Below, one piece after another: positions 11,259 to 26,044 of a stretch of 64,000 nucleotides of DNA. Positions within the stretch are counted from its first letter, which is position 1; each line of letters opens with the position of its first letter. The position numbers were made by a program, and so were the translations under genes. This DNA comes from Macrostomum lignano (taxonomy: Eukaryota), in assembly GCA_002269645.1 (NCBI GenBank), contig NIVC01000765.1:1-64000 (forward strand). The letters run 5' to 3'. Below the pieces are notes generated by a model that saw only the letters and a program-made list of their open reading frames with translations, had not been told where the DNA came from and ran no database searches.

Positions 11259-12588
11259 CGGACCCTGTTATTCGACAAAATCAAGTTAAGGAAAGACGCA
11301 CTGAGTAGCGACTTTTACTCGTCGCTGAGTAGCTAAAAACGCATAAGCAGGTCAGCGTGTAAGGAAGTCTGCTTATAGCTTCATGGCTTAGAATGTAAAA
11401 CTTTACGGACAGACCCTATTAATAAACACTTCTCTTCTCTGCCTTTACTGCCAAGCTCGCAAATTACGCTACGACTCTACGGCCGAGATATAGATAAATA
11501 TAGATAGTCTAGTTAGTTTTCTCAGCGCAGAAGCTTTGAATTCTGGCTATACTCCGCACTTTTGGTATTTGACAGTTCATTTTGCTGTCACAAACACATG
11601 GATACTCCCACGGGCAAGGGTGTACGCACGAACAACATACGACTAGGCAATGAATGTACAAACTCTGTGCCTTTAAGTTGGCTCTTATGAGAGTCAATTG
11701 CACAAGCCTCCCATTCAACATTAGTTTCTTCATGAGCCTCCGGTTAAAACAGAAACTGAAGGAATAAATAGGTACATTTTGCGCTTTAAAAAGAATCTGA
11801 AAGTGTTAGATCAGCAGAGTGGTTTCGATGTGACAACGGGCTGTACATGAATCAAGTTCAGCAGATGCTTGTACTATATAGGCGATAGAACGGTTTAGTG
11901 TAATTACTCAGAGCTCTTGCCTTTTCTCATGAGTCGTAATTGCTGTATAGTAATTGCTTCTCACTGCCTTTCGTGGTCAAAGGTGCCGGTCAGGATTGGC
12001 GGCAGTTGGTTGTATCCATCCAACTCCTGTTATGGAGAGCGCCGGAGATTGGAACCAGGGGATAGGGACTCGGCCACAGGAGAGTAAGCAAGCTCATCGC
12101 CCTGGAATCCTTCTTGCACGGGATTCTGCTGGGCGGTATTTCTACGCACCGGACTGTTGAGCTGCCGAACTCAGCTGATTACTGTCCGGGAGTTTGGGGC
12201 AGAGCGACCGGCCTGACTGTCCGAGGAGATGGCAATTAACTTTTCACTAGCGTTCTTGCAGCACAGTCCGCTGTGTTGCTTGGACGTGAGTTGCAATTCA
12301 TTGAGCAGGATGCAGACTCCACAGCCGCAAACCGTCTTTTAGGGAGCTATCCGTGAAGCAGCTGACCTGGAAGTCTCAGTGGTGGGTGGCGTTCTCCCTG
12401 GAGTGGATGGAGGGTGGTCTTGAAGCGCAGACTGAGATTAAACGTACTACACCTCTTTCATTCTATTTCAACAAAACTCGCATTCTATTCCGACAAACTG
12501 ACATTCAATTTCAACATTTATATTTAGCTACTTCAACCGTCATTCGAACTCGTCAAGCAGCATTCAATTTCGGCAATTGGATATTCTA

Positions 12589-12990
12589 TACCTTTTTGCT
12601 TCCTATTTGGTTTTTTCATCATTCAAATTGGTGCGTGGCCGTCAGTAGTCTATCTTGGCAGCGTAGTAGAGATTCTGCATAGACAAACCATAGAAAGCCA
12701 TAGACAACAGAAATCAATTTGGTTTTAACTGCGAGCAATTTGGGCCATAGCTGGAAGGCATAGCTAAAGCAAAGAATGGCGCAGAGAGGACCATACGCTA
12801 AAATCCGTCTGGTGGACAGAGAGAGGATAGTGAATGCATACGTGACGTGAAATAAACCAAATTGGTCGCGAAAAAAACCAAATTGCTCGGTGACTTCAGT
12901 TCTTAGTCTATGGTGAACATGACTTCTGCTGGGCTATTTGCAACGCACCAAATTGGACGCAGTAAAAACCAAATAGGAAGCAAAAAGGTA
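12589..12990. mobile_element. ~400-bp MITE, Tc1/mariner-type (TA target duplication)
   Basis: TIR tacctttttgcttcctatttggttttt / aaaaaccaaataggaagcaaaaaggta, imperfect to ~50 bp, flanked by TA at 12587-12588 and 12991-12992. Confidence 0.8.
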
Positions 12991-14502
12991 TATTTCATAC
13001 CATAGTGAGGGCGTTCATTCTGTCTATGAACAAAATTTGCTCCTGCATGCAGATTTTCCATTCAATTTCTTGAAGTACATAAGACTTGTACTGAAAAGAG
13101 TTCCAGCAAAAGCGAGAGTGCCCGCTCGGGGGCCGGGGCAGTGTCGGGGCGAGGGTACTACGGGGCGACCTAGATTATTTGATATCGGTCATTTTGGCTA
13201 GGTTGAGTTAGAGCGATTAGGGGACAGTTCATTTGTCTGATCCTTCGCGCACATCCAACCGCCGGTCCAGCCCCTCGGTTGCTATCCTCCTCGGGGCTGT
13301 TAATCGGTGTTGGAGCGGGGCCGCTGCGTCTCCCTCTCCGGTCGGCCACATTCCGCGCTTCTCAGACCTGACCTCGCCTGTCGACCGTCGTTTTGTCTCG
13401 CCTGCCACTCGCGATATCTCGCCGACTGGCTCTGCCACTCTGCCTGGTACCTCGGCTGACGTTGAGGTCATCGATCTCGCTTTGCCTGGTATCTGGATTG
13501 GATTGCGGCTGTAATACTCTTATCATGCTCATGTCTTCGCTACTGACCTCTTTAGCAGTGTGAGGGCCTACCAGACCGCCGTATTGCTTTACATTTAAAG
13601 ACTTGGACACTGATAGGTTCTATCGAACACCAGCTTGACTCGAAGAATCAAGTAGGTGGTTTTAAATGTCATATTTCAGTATTGGAGTAGTCAAAGTATG
13701 AGATATTGTAATCCAATTCCATTGCAGTCCAATATCCAAGAAGAAGCATAGTCCATCTCGTTCCATTAACGATTGTCCTGGAATCTAGTCTACTGATTTA
13801 GTCTACTGATGCTTCACATCCGACATCTCACAGATGCAGCATACCAGTACTTTTTTGCGATGAAGGTACCCTGCTAATGCATAAATCATGTATCGCTCTG
13901 AATATACTACGGCAGTTGCATTAGGTTCCATTAAGATTTTTCAAATGAACTAAACTTGAAGGTTAAGCCTGAAGTTTATGCATCCACTTTCATAACGCCA
14001 ACTCTTAATACGACTTAAGTTTCATATCGCCTTAAGTTTCAAGCATACACTTTTACAACACCGAAACGTCTCAAGATCTAAATTATGAGAATTGAAGCTT
14101 ATACTCGTAACTTTATTATAATGATGTGAGGGTTAAGTCTTGCGAAGTTTTGGTACTGTAAAGACGTACTCTTGTCTAAGTGAAATATAGCTCTAGAGCA
14201 AGCACCCTCGTTCCACTCTCAATGATAGGTCGGCAAACCTATCATCTCAGGCGACTCAACTTCAAGCTCTTCAGCTTCCTGGTACTTTGATTTGAGTTGA
14301 AAATATTACTTTGCTTGCTACTTACTCTTCAGTAGTCGAAAAGCATTTGAGTCAACCTCGAATGAAATGCATACTTGCGGTATTTGGAATTATTGAGCTG
14401 TCCATTGCTAATGAATCCTAATCATTGTACTTCATGGGGTATTAGTCAACTGAAGTATTTTGTTAATCGATACCCCTTTACAGGGTATTATCAATACTTT
14501 AA

Positions 14503-17299
14503 TCAAATTCACTCATTGTGTCAGACAGCTTACACATTCGGTGTTCAACTTACTGATAATTGACTAATGAGTTATCAAACGTTTCGAATTGAGAATATTT
14601 GTGGGAATATTATACCTTCAAAATGGGGAACAATTATGAAGCTTGATTGCTACACAAACTGAAACACGGGTAAACTATCCAAGACGCATACGTAGCATTC
14701 ATATATACTCTCGTATGTAGGTAAGTCGGTAGGAAAAAAAATTAAATGACCCAATCAAGCACGAAAATTCTTTTCTGCAATTATATAACTGTATTTATTG
14801 ATACTAATAACCAGGCAACAGGCTAGGCAAGTAGGCTTGTAAAAATGACCAAAATCAAGTAGAAACACACAGCCTCGCGTGGGCGCAGTGCAATTGACTG
14901 CGCAGACAAAATTGAACTTCATGCGTGCGTAGTTCTAGACTTTTTCTCAGAAGTTTCCTTCATCAAGCTACCTGCAAATGTCAGAAACTTTTTCTACTAT
15001 CTGATTAAAAACGCTCGGGAATTCCCGGCCTTCCCAACGAAAAAAATATTGACGAAGAATAGCTAATGTCAACTAGAAACTCAACAAAAAAAGCTCAATA
15101 ATGCGCAAGCGAAAACAAAAAACGGTTGAAAATCAACACACAAAGAGGTTGTAAAGTCATCCAGTAAACAGGTCTAGTCAAGTATATGCGCATCCACAGA
15201 GACAATGAAGTTAAAAGCTGTCGGACATCTAGTATGACATACTCGAACAAGGAACAAATCACACATAATGGAGTAACACTAAGTACTGATTTTTGTAAAA
15301 ACTAGTTTGAGATAAAACAGACAGTGAAGTTTCTCGTGTCAGTCATTTTGACTTCAAAGATAGAGGCTCAGGCTATCAGTTCTTTAGTCGTATCTCAATT
15401 CTGTTCGGGTTCTGATTCTTTTTCAGATCTTATTCCTACTTTTGATCCTGCTTCATTTCTTGAATCCTCTTTCTTCGTAGGATCCTCTTTCTGCTTCGGA
15501 TACTGTTTCCTTTTTGTATCCTCTTTCCTCTTTGAATATTTTTTCTTCTTAGGATCCTCTTTCTGCTTCGGATCTTGTTTCCTTTTTGTATCCTTTTTCT
15601 TCTTTGAATCCTTTTTCTTCTTAGGATCCTCTTTCTGCTTCGGATCCTGTTTCCTTTTTGTATCCTCTTTCTTCTTTGAATCCTTTTTCTTCTTAGGATC
15701 CTCTTTCTTCTTTGGATCGTCGTTCTTTTTTGGATCTTGCTTTTTATTATGATGCCGTTTCTGCTTCTTCCGCACGTGCTCTGGTGTTAGTATCTTTTTA
15801 GTTATGGGAAGCCGTTTGTCTGGAACAATGTAGACTCGAGTTCTTCTCAGCGACATCACGGATATTCCGAGGATGGAGGCGCGAGGGGCGCCGAACCACA
15901 CCTCCGGAATGGCGCCGATTCTCTCAGCTATGCCGATGAATTCTTCCGCTGAGGCGTAGCGAAGACGCACAGCCGATGGCGGCTTCGGCTGGGACAGCAG
16001 CGTCGAAACATTCGTCACAGGTAGACTGCGAGCAAACTTTTCTAGCTTAATATCAGCTGAGCGACCAATTACCTTGTCAATAGAGCTGTCGAGCAGAGTG
16101 ACATTGAAACTGTTTAGAGCCATCCGACTCAGATAGTTGTGATAGAACGTCGAGCTGTACCCGTTTTTCCTGACAAAACTCGCCCTCCGTTCCGCCCGAT
16201 GTTGAACGTCCGGGACAGCTCGGGACGCACGCAGACCAGCCGATTATTCAGCATGTAGAGCCTCAGGAAGTCGTCGTACTGCGTCTTCGGCCAAACTTTC
16301 CTGACCTGCAGCCAGTGGCGCCGGTTGATCATCCAGCCGAGTCCCGGGAAGAAGTCAGTCCGGTGCAGCAGCTGTGGGTCCTCGGTCACGAGACCAATTT
16401 GACCGTTGTCGTTCCATGCGGACACGCAGAAGATGCTCTCGTCCGAATCCAGCGCCCTTCGCAGCGAGCTGAAGTACTGGTAGAAATCCGGAGCAATCAG
16501 CAGGTCGTCCTCCATGAGCACAACGTAGGAGTAGTTCAGCTTCAGAATGAGATGGTCCAGCACGCGCAGGTAATGCCGCGCAATCTTTACGTAGGTGTCG
16601 CTTGAAGGCTTGAATTTGTGACTCTTGTCGTCGCTTAACCGCAACAGTTTAACCTCCGGCGTCTCGATCTGCTGCAGGACCTCGTTTGTTTGCTTTTCTG
16701 TGCCATCGAGCGATATCATGATGCGGAATCCGCTATCGGGCTTTTGAGCTACCAACTGTCTCACCAGCTGATGCACTTCTGGCCTCGTAGCGGCTAGCAC
16801 GACCAGAGCGATCTCCTTGTTCTGCTTGGCATCCGGCGCTCGAACCGACGAGTTCGTAGAGCTCATTTGATGAAGACGAACTGCGGAGTTGCTCAAAGTC
16901 ACATTATAACTCCACGTAGTACGAAAGCCAGTCGAATCAGTTGATATTTCTGGCTTCTGTTTTTCTGGCGTCTTTTTAATATGATTATCCAGCGTCACAA
17001 AAGGATGCAGCAGGCCCAGGGCCAGTAAGAAAGCCAGGATAAAAACTCTTTGCCTGCGCGTCGCGCACAGCCGTCCACCGCGCCGCAGGCAGTCGAGCAT
17101 TGGATGCTGTTTTTCGACGAAATCAAGTTAAGGAAAGACGCACTGAGTAGCGAATTTTACTCAAGGGGCCATGAGTAGCTGAAAACGCATAAGCAGGCCA
17201 GCGTGTAGGGATTGAAGCTTGCTTATACGAGCGTAGCTCTATGGCTTAGAATGTAAAACTGTACGCACAGACCCTATTAATAAACACTTCTCTTCTCTG
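14503..17299. repeat. Segmental duplication copy 2 (paralogous to 8134-11442)
   Basis: See copy 1; coding part nearly identical, flanks visibly more diverged. Confidence 0.92.
15395..17100 (-). CDS. MGAT1: GnT-I (GT13)-like copy 2 with shorter K/E/D tail; one 1-nt frameshift as assembled
   Basis: ORFs 16129-17100 and 15395-16123 join if the T5 run at ~16164-16168 is T6 as in copy 1 (10316-10321); same GT13 motifs; tail has only ~3-4 repeat units and ends ..ESEPEQN*. Confidence 0.88.
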
Positions 17300-17863
17300 G
17301 CCATGTGAATGTATCCCCCCAAGCGGCTGCAGTTAGGCGGGGGGGTTAGGGTTACAGTTGCAGGACGGGAATATCAAAATTCTATCCCTGGAGCGTCTGT
17401 TAGGAATTAAATTGGCATTGAAAAATGAGGGTATGGGGCATACATGTGAATTAGGAACAAAAAATCCAGAGTGTGCCGTGAAGCTCATGACAGAAAAGGC
17501 ATTCTGTATAGCAGCCCCCTTTGACCCATGAGTTATGGCCAGATTTAAGGCGTGAGATACAGATAAGAAGTAGTCAGCAATTTCAGACTGCTCGCCGCAT
17601 CGTGTGCGAATTCTGTTTTTCACACCTCGGCTGGCACCTGCTGACATGTTTGGCGTTCCATCTTATGTTTTCCAACAACAGTCGCGTTAAGGCCAACAGT
17701 CTGCAGATAAGTCAGGATAGCGTTGGCTATGACACCACCTGTTGTTTGAGCTAGTTCTACGAAGCCTAAGAAGCATTCCTTGATTATCTGCCTGATGGGC
17801 TACTTTCTTTTTGAACGAACCTAAAAGAGATTGATAGTTGCTCAAGGCGAGAGGCATCCATTC

Positions 17864-20172
<2,309 letters not shown>

Positions 20173-20454
20173 CATCCATTCTCCTCCTTTTAGCTGAGAC
20201 ATGGATTATTGCACTGGCTGAAAAAGGGACTATTGCACTAAATGAGAAAGAGATTATTGTACTAGCTTAGAAAGGGATTATAGCACAAGATGAGAAAACG
20301 CTTACTGCAATGACTGAAAAAGGTATTATTGCACTAGCTTAGAGTTGGATTATTGCACTTGATTAGAAAGGAACTATAGCATTAGGAAAATAAATGCACT
20401 AGCTTGCTATCCGGGGTTCTTGCTATCGGGGGGATGCTTGCTCGGAGGAATTGT

Positions 20455-20635
20455 TGAGATTTCGAGGCTTATTGGGAGAATTTCTGAAATTTCAGGGCTT
20501 GCTAGTGGAATTGCTGAGATGTCAAGGCTTACTGGGGGAATTGCTGATATGTCGAGGCTTACTGGGGGAATTTCTGAGATGTCGAGGCTTACTGGGGGGA
20601 ATCCTGAGATGTCGAGGCTTACTGGGGGGATTGCT
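20455..20635. repeat. Degenerate ~30-bp tandem repeat (gagatgtcgaggcttactgggggaatt..); a second degenerate ~27-bp array lies at ~20215-20400
   Basis: About 6 units visible. Confidence 0.75.
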
Positions 20636-22508
20636 AATAAATCAAGGCGGAGATGTCAGAAGCTACATGTGGTTTATTAAAAAATTGTATTCCATTCTTT
20701 AAACAATTTTAATTGAATAAGGTGATTGTACAATTGCTAGTGGGACAAATAATTAATTAGGAATGAACTAACGCAGAGCTAAATTTAGCAACAGGCTAAA
20801 TTCAAACAGGCGGATTTAAACGGTCGTAAAATCGGAAGAGCGAGAGGAAATAGAGATAAGAGGGAATGTGATAAAAAGTAATAAACTGGACCTCTTCGTG
20901 CGCCAAGCGTAGGGAGAGGCCTAGAATATCGATCGTGCAAACATTATACGCTCTAAATAGATCGTACACACAACAGGAAAAATAAAACGGCCCAATTGGA
21001 GGCAACTAATCGCAAAAATACATATGTTGAACTCGCGGGCTGCGATATCGTCTAGCCCGGTCGTTTTGTTTTCCCGGGTTGCGGGTTCGGTGCGGGACTG
21101 CCCCGTGTGCACGGCGGAGGGATGGACAGAAGGCGAACGACCGGCGCTCCTCGAGGCGGATGGCCACTCCGAGGGGAAGAGGGAGAGATGCGACTCGGGG
21201 GAGCACCGACACTCCTTGGTCACGGAAGGCTCGGGGTACTGCCGCGGTCAGCGGAGCGGATAGCCACTCAGAGCTGGCCCGGGAGTCACCGAGGTGAATG
21301 AGAAAGCGAGGTGAATGTGAGGGATTGGCCGGGGCGTACAGACACTCCGGACCAATCAAGAGATGCGAGGCGAGGGATTGGCTGGTGCGTACAGCCAATC
21401 GAAGAGTGCAGGTGAGCGAGGAGGTGAGTAGGTGAAGCGATGAGGTGGCGAGGATGGATGGGAGACACGTGCAGAGAGTCCCAAAAACGCGAACGCAACC
21501 CGAACAAACGTAATTTTAGCTCACCGGGCGGGGTCGAATCGACTCATATATGTGCAGTCTATTTAGCCGTGATAATTGGACTGGCAGCTCGAAGACGGCG
21601 GGTGGCACGGATTAGCTTGTAATGCACTGTTCGATGATTCACTGGGCTCGTGCAGTTTATTGTACTTTTACAGTAGTTTTACTACTCAGTAGCTGCTTTA
21701 GCCCTAACCACAAAAAACGAAGAGTGCCACCGGCCGGCTCCAAGCCAGCTAATAAATAGTATGCGGAAAAATGGAGGAGTAGGCCAAACTGGCCTGAGCG
21801 CAAACACACACAAAACAGAACCCCGCGAGCACCCCACCCCAGCCCAGCCAATCAAAACACGCGCTGGGTAAGGCTCCACGGGGGGGTAGAAAAGAGAGGG
21901 TCTGCCGGCCCAGCCAGCCAATCCGCGCACACGCCGGCTGCCCAAAACCAAAACCGAGCTGAACCAGCTCAAACCAGACAGAACCGATAAGGGCGGCAGA
22001 CCGAGCAGTTCGCATGCGCCAAAAAAAGGTTGAGGAGAATGTCATTGTGGCGCAGGCCACAACACATAGAGGAAATAGGAGTTTATACGATTTCTTGTCA
22101 GTTTATGCGCATAAATCTGACAGTGATTTTTTTAGTTAAAAAGGAATGGCTCTTAAGAAAATGTGATTTTATTTTAAAGGATTCTCATTAATAATTTTCT
22201 TCCCTTGCTTTTTGGGTGCCCCGATAAGGCTAGTTAGATCTAAAGAAAATTATGATTAGATCTAGTTAGATCTACAGAAGTGAGTAGGCTCAAGGCCTAA
22301 AACGGGTTTTTTATTCAATAAACTGGGTTGAGTGCAAGATAAGACGAGGAGGGTTGAAGTGTGCGACTAAGGAAAGAGGCGAGATCACTTACAATTACAT
22401 GCCTACTTCTACCTAGGTTGTTTTTTGTTAATAGAAATTGTAAAATTGCATAATGCATTGCATAATGTAATTGTATAATTGCATAATGTAATTAATAATT
22501 TATAATAT

Positions 22509-23265
22509 TGTGACGTTGTCAGTTTAAGTAGCCCCGCCAAGGGCCGTTTTGACATACGGTACAAATCTATAATATTGTTGTTTTCCTACTCTCACGTCTG
22601 CTTAAAGTAGCGCCCAAATAATTTTAATCAGCTTGCGTACATTTGTAAAGCCTGGGTACAGTGCGCGATCGATAATTTCTGTTTTCTGTTTTTTTTCCCA
22701 GCCGGCCAATAGAAAAGCCGCGCATTAATTATGTTAAGTTCTCCTCGTGCGCCCACCCCCAGCCCGCTCTTTATCAGTCCTGTCTGGCTGGGCGCTCGGG
22801 GTTAGACCGACCGACTGCCCCCCCGTCTGGCCTCCTTTCCCGCCGTAGACCGCTCTGCCCGCCCTTGGGCTCTCGCTCCTTGTTTACTTGCTCTCTCTTC
22901 GCCTCACTCCGCCACGGTTCTAACTACGCCTTTGCCAGCCTCAGCCACGCCACTTTCACTGGCTGTTCAAGCTCTCACTACGAGCACCGCCACCATACGT
23001 TCACCGCCATCACTTCGTCACCGTTGCCTCAACTCATCGACCCACTCTGCCTTCTACTATCTAACTTATTGTTGCGTAGCCGCCAGTGCATCGTTTGCAA
23101 TTCAACTAGTACTTGGACCTATTTCTGTTAACCGCCCAGGCGGAATTAAGTCTGCGGCCATTGCCCGCATTTGTCACCATTATTGCCAAGTGCTACCGCT
23201 ACAAAATTGCCTCGGCCGTATTTGTCTCGTCGATTATTTTCGAGGCCGCCTCATTAGACGTCACA
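22509..23265 (-). mobile_element. Solo-LTR-like element A (757 bp)
   Basis: TGTGACGT..ACGTCACA short terminal inverted repeats; ATAT on both sides (22505-22508, 23266-23269); homologous to element B in opposite orientation. Confidence 0.7.
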
Positions 23266-23527
23266 ATATAGTTGTTAATAAGTTGAAAGTTAAATATTTA
23301 AACTTTCTAAGACAATTAGTGAACATTAAAAAAGTATTAATTATACCCATGAAAGGATAACAAGGTTATCAACGAACTACTAGTAATTGCCTATAAAGGG
23401 TTACACTATACGAGCTAGTTAGTTTTTATTAGCCTAGTTGCAGTCATAGATGTTATTTTCTTTAGATATGCCACTTTGTATGGCGGAAATAGGTAAAGCG
23501 CGACCGCTGTTTTTCTTAAATTTTGAG

Positions 23528-24331
23528 TGTGACGTATTAATGTGGCGGCCTCGAGAATAATCAGCGAAGGCAAATGAATACGGCAGAGGCAATTTTGTAG
23601 CGGTAGCACTTGGCAATAATATTAGTTAATGCGATCAATGGCCGCAGACTTGGTTTATTGGAACAGTTGTTATTTTCAACAGAGAAAGGTCAAAATACAA
23701 GTTGGATTCGTAACGGTAACGATGCACTGGCGGCTACACAACAATCAGTTAGATAGCTTAAGGTAGTAGAAGTGGCGTGGCTGAGAGTGGCAGAGGCGTG
23801 GCCTAGGGCCGTGGCGTAGTGGGGCAGGAAGAGAAGGCAACCAAACAAGAGTGCCGGGCGGCAAGGGTCTACAGGCGGGGACGCAAAGCCAGGATCCAAG
23901 ATAACCCCGAGCGCACGGCCAGACAGAACTGATAAAGAGCGGGCTGGGGGTGGGCGCGCGAGGAGAACTTAGTATAATGCCTCCAACTCAGCGTGTTTTA
24001 GCTTTGAGTGTACGCTACTGCACCGTGTGTTAACTTGTTTCGATTGAAAACAACGTACAATAATTTATATTGTGTATTCAACTTATTACAGGTATATTTA
24101 TTCAAGTGTTTATTAGAATTTTCAATTTCACTACTGCCCTGACGATGACCTACAAGGGTCGAAATGCATTGGCAATTGAATTAAAGTAAATAAAAGCAAG
24201 TTAATGTTTGTTCTCTCATTCATTTTATTCCTATTTATTAAGCGAGCCACTCTACCAAAATGATAATATTATATATTGGTACCGTATGTCAAAACGGCCC
24301 TTGGCGGGGCTACTTAACTGACAACGTCACA
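23528..24331 (+). mobile_element. Solo-LTR-like element B (804 bp)
   Basis: TGTGACGT..ACGTCACA ends; 5-bp TSD TTGAG (23523-23527, 24332-24336); the ~23980-24260 segment has no counterpart in element A. Confidence 0.72.
24135..24174 (+). ncRNA. Minimal type I hammerhead ribozyme (Penelope-like-element type)
   Basis: tgcc-CTGACGA-t-gacc(tacaag)ggtc-GAAA-tgca-TT-ggca: intact catalytic core, stem I tgcc/ggca, stem II gacc/ggtc, palindromic stem III (ATGCAT), followed by an AT-rich tract with AATAAA. Confidence 0.7.
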
Positions 24332-24652
24332 TTGAGTTTAGTAGCTTATTAGGGACATAGACGCTATTTTTTGAGAATGTGATGGAACTTTTCCTGAAAT
24401 AAATAAAAAGCCACTCAATCAAACTGAGAATACTGCAGAGACTACTGACGAAATTGAGTTCAGTAGTTGATTTTCGCGCTGTCGCGAGTTGCAAATTTTT
24501 TCACATTGGCTTCTATGGCCATTGGTTAATGAGTGGCCCATCTTGTGTATAAATGATATTTGGTTGCAGTAGGATAAAAGCAGACTATGGTAGTTCCTCT
24601 GAATAAATATACCCTTTAACAATTTTTTGGACATAAGTGAAGTTAATTTAGT

Positions 24653-25358
24653 CATTAGCCAGCTCAGTCCTAGAAAAGTGAGTTTGATTTAGTCAGCACT
24701 CGGGGTTTACCATAGACTATGGTAAAGAAATGAAATCGATTTAGTCAAGGTTCTCTAAATCCGTCTTTCGTAACTTTTATTAAGTCAAAGTGAATTTTAT
24801 TTAGTCGTTATATCTTTGAGAAGAACACAAACAAACACAACACAACACAAGACACAACAAATTATTGTTACGACGCTTCACTTTTCAACTCAATCAACGA
24901 TTTCTTCGATGTCTTTCGTGGCAATGCAGCGGGGTATGTACCGAAGGCTCTCACGATGCCAGGCTTCGCAGTGAGGCAGCTGCTATACTGACCTCCAGTT
25001 CACGCTCAAGAAACAGAGAATAAGGTGATAAAGGCTTGAACTCTTGCTCTACCTCCATGGCTGGTGGATTCCAGCTGGTGGATTCCAGGATGGGCACGAG
25101 CATTGTCAAATAGAAGGCAGAACGGCTCATCAACCAATGCAGACAGTTCAGGCATGAACTCTGCAACAAAACTCTGCAAGCCATGAACTCTGCCGCCATG
25201 ATGACTAAATAAAATTCACTTTGACTAAAATCAAGTCATGGAAGGGTTTAAATACGTGGCACTTGACTAAATCGATTTCATTTCTTAACTATAGTCTATG
25301 GTAAACCTCGACTGCTGACTAAATCAAACTCACTTTTCTAGGACTGAGCTGACTAATG
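24653..25358. mobile_element. MITE with ~160-bp TIRs nested in the left TIR of the 24610-27270 element
   Basis: cattagccagctcagtcctagaaaagtgagtttgatttagtcag.. (24653-24815) is inverted at 25200-25358; GT on both flanks (possible 2-bp TSD). Confidence 0.7.
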
Positions 25359-25367
25359 GTAGATTGT

Positions 25368-25459
25368 ATAGTATGCAACTGAGTTGAATAATGGCCAAAA
25401 CTCGAGTGCGCGTAGCGCACGAGTGTCTATGGCCATTATTCAACGAAGTTGCATACTAT
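25368..25459. mobile_element. ~92-bp palindromic mini-element
   Basis: atagtatgcaact..gttgaataatggcc..ggccattattcaac..agttgcatactat hairpin. Confidence 0.6.
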
Positions 25460-26044
25460 GCAAGTGCATTGTATTTATACTTTCACTCAGCGCTCAGTCA
25501 TTATTCCACACTTTTGTCGCTGTCATTATTCCACACTTTTGTCGCTGTCATTATTCCACACTTTTTATCATGCTTCAATTGGCTGTTTTAAGAGTTGTTT
25601 TACCCATAGACGACTGAGTTGTGTGGCTTAGTTTGACCATAGACAACACTGTGATGAGTGCTGATTTTGCTTGCGTCTTGAAAGAAATCAGGAAAAGCGA
25701 GTAGTGGGAGAAAAAGCTATTTGTCTTGTCAAACAACTATGGCTATAGTGCATCTCGTCAAACAGCCGCGCTTATTAATTGAAAAAATCTTCCAGTCGAC
25801 GACTGAACGAACCGTGCGGCGCTACCTAGGAAGAAAACGCGACCATGCAGTCTTCAACGCCTCGACGGCTATAAACGATGCCTGAAAGCGGCCAATCGAT
25901 TCAATCGAGCAGCCGACAGTCCCAAAGAATCCCAGCTTGGATACTGCGGTACCAAAGAAGCTCATCAGACGAAGCTCATCAGTCGCATGCCAACTTAACC
26001 AAGTCGTGCATCTTTCAAATGGTAAGTTCGGCAACTATACTTGA

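Larger units (their letters stand above)
8134..11442. repeat. Segmental duplication copy 1 (paralogous to 14503-17299)
   Basis: Alignable by eye from ttcactcattg (8139 / 14508) to cacttctcttctctg (~11440 / ~17297), covering the GT13 gene, ~0.9 kb downstream and ~0.2 kb upstream. Confidence 0.92.

Noticed and set aside
13229-13610. Overlapping GC-rich ORFs
   Set aside because: No recognisable motifs, LTR ends or TSD found
9027-17100. GnT-I genes as cargo of the Polinton-like element
   Set aside because: No TIR or other boundary links them to the element; adjacency alone is insufficient
17340-17352. Telomere-like gggttagggtta
   Set aside because: Only two units, expected by chance
20802-22060. 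Cluster of short ORFs in GC-rich sequence with many CCAAT-like words
   Set aside because: Looks like LTR or promoter-type repeat sequence; no protein similarity, and boundaries could not be defined
22509-24331. Single long-TIR transposon spanning the palindrome
   Set aside because: Each arm has its own TG..CA ends and a different TSD, so two insertions fit better
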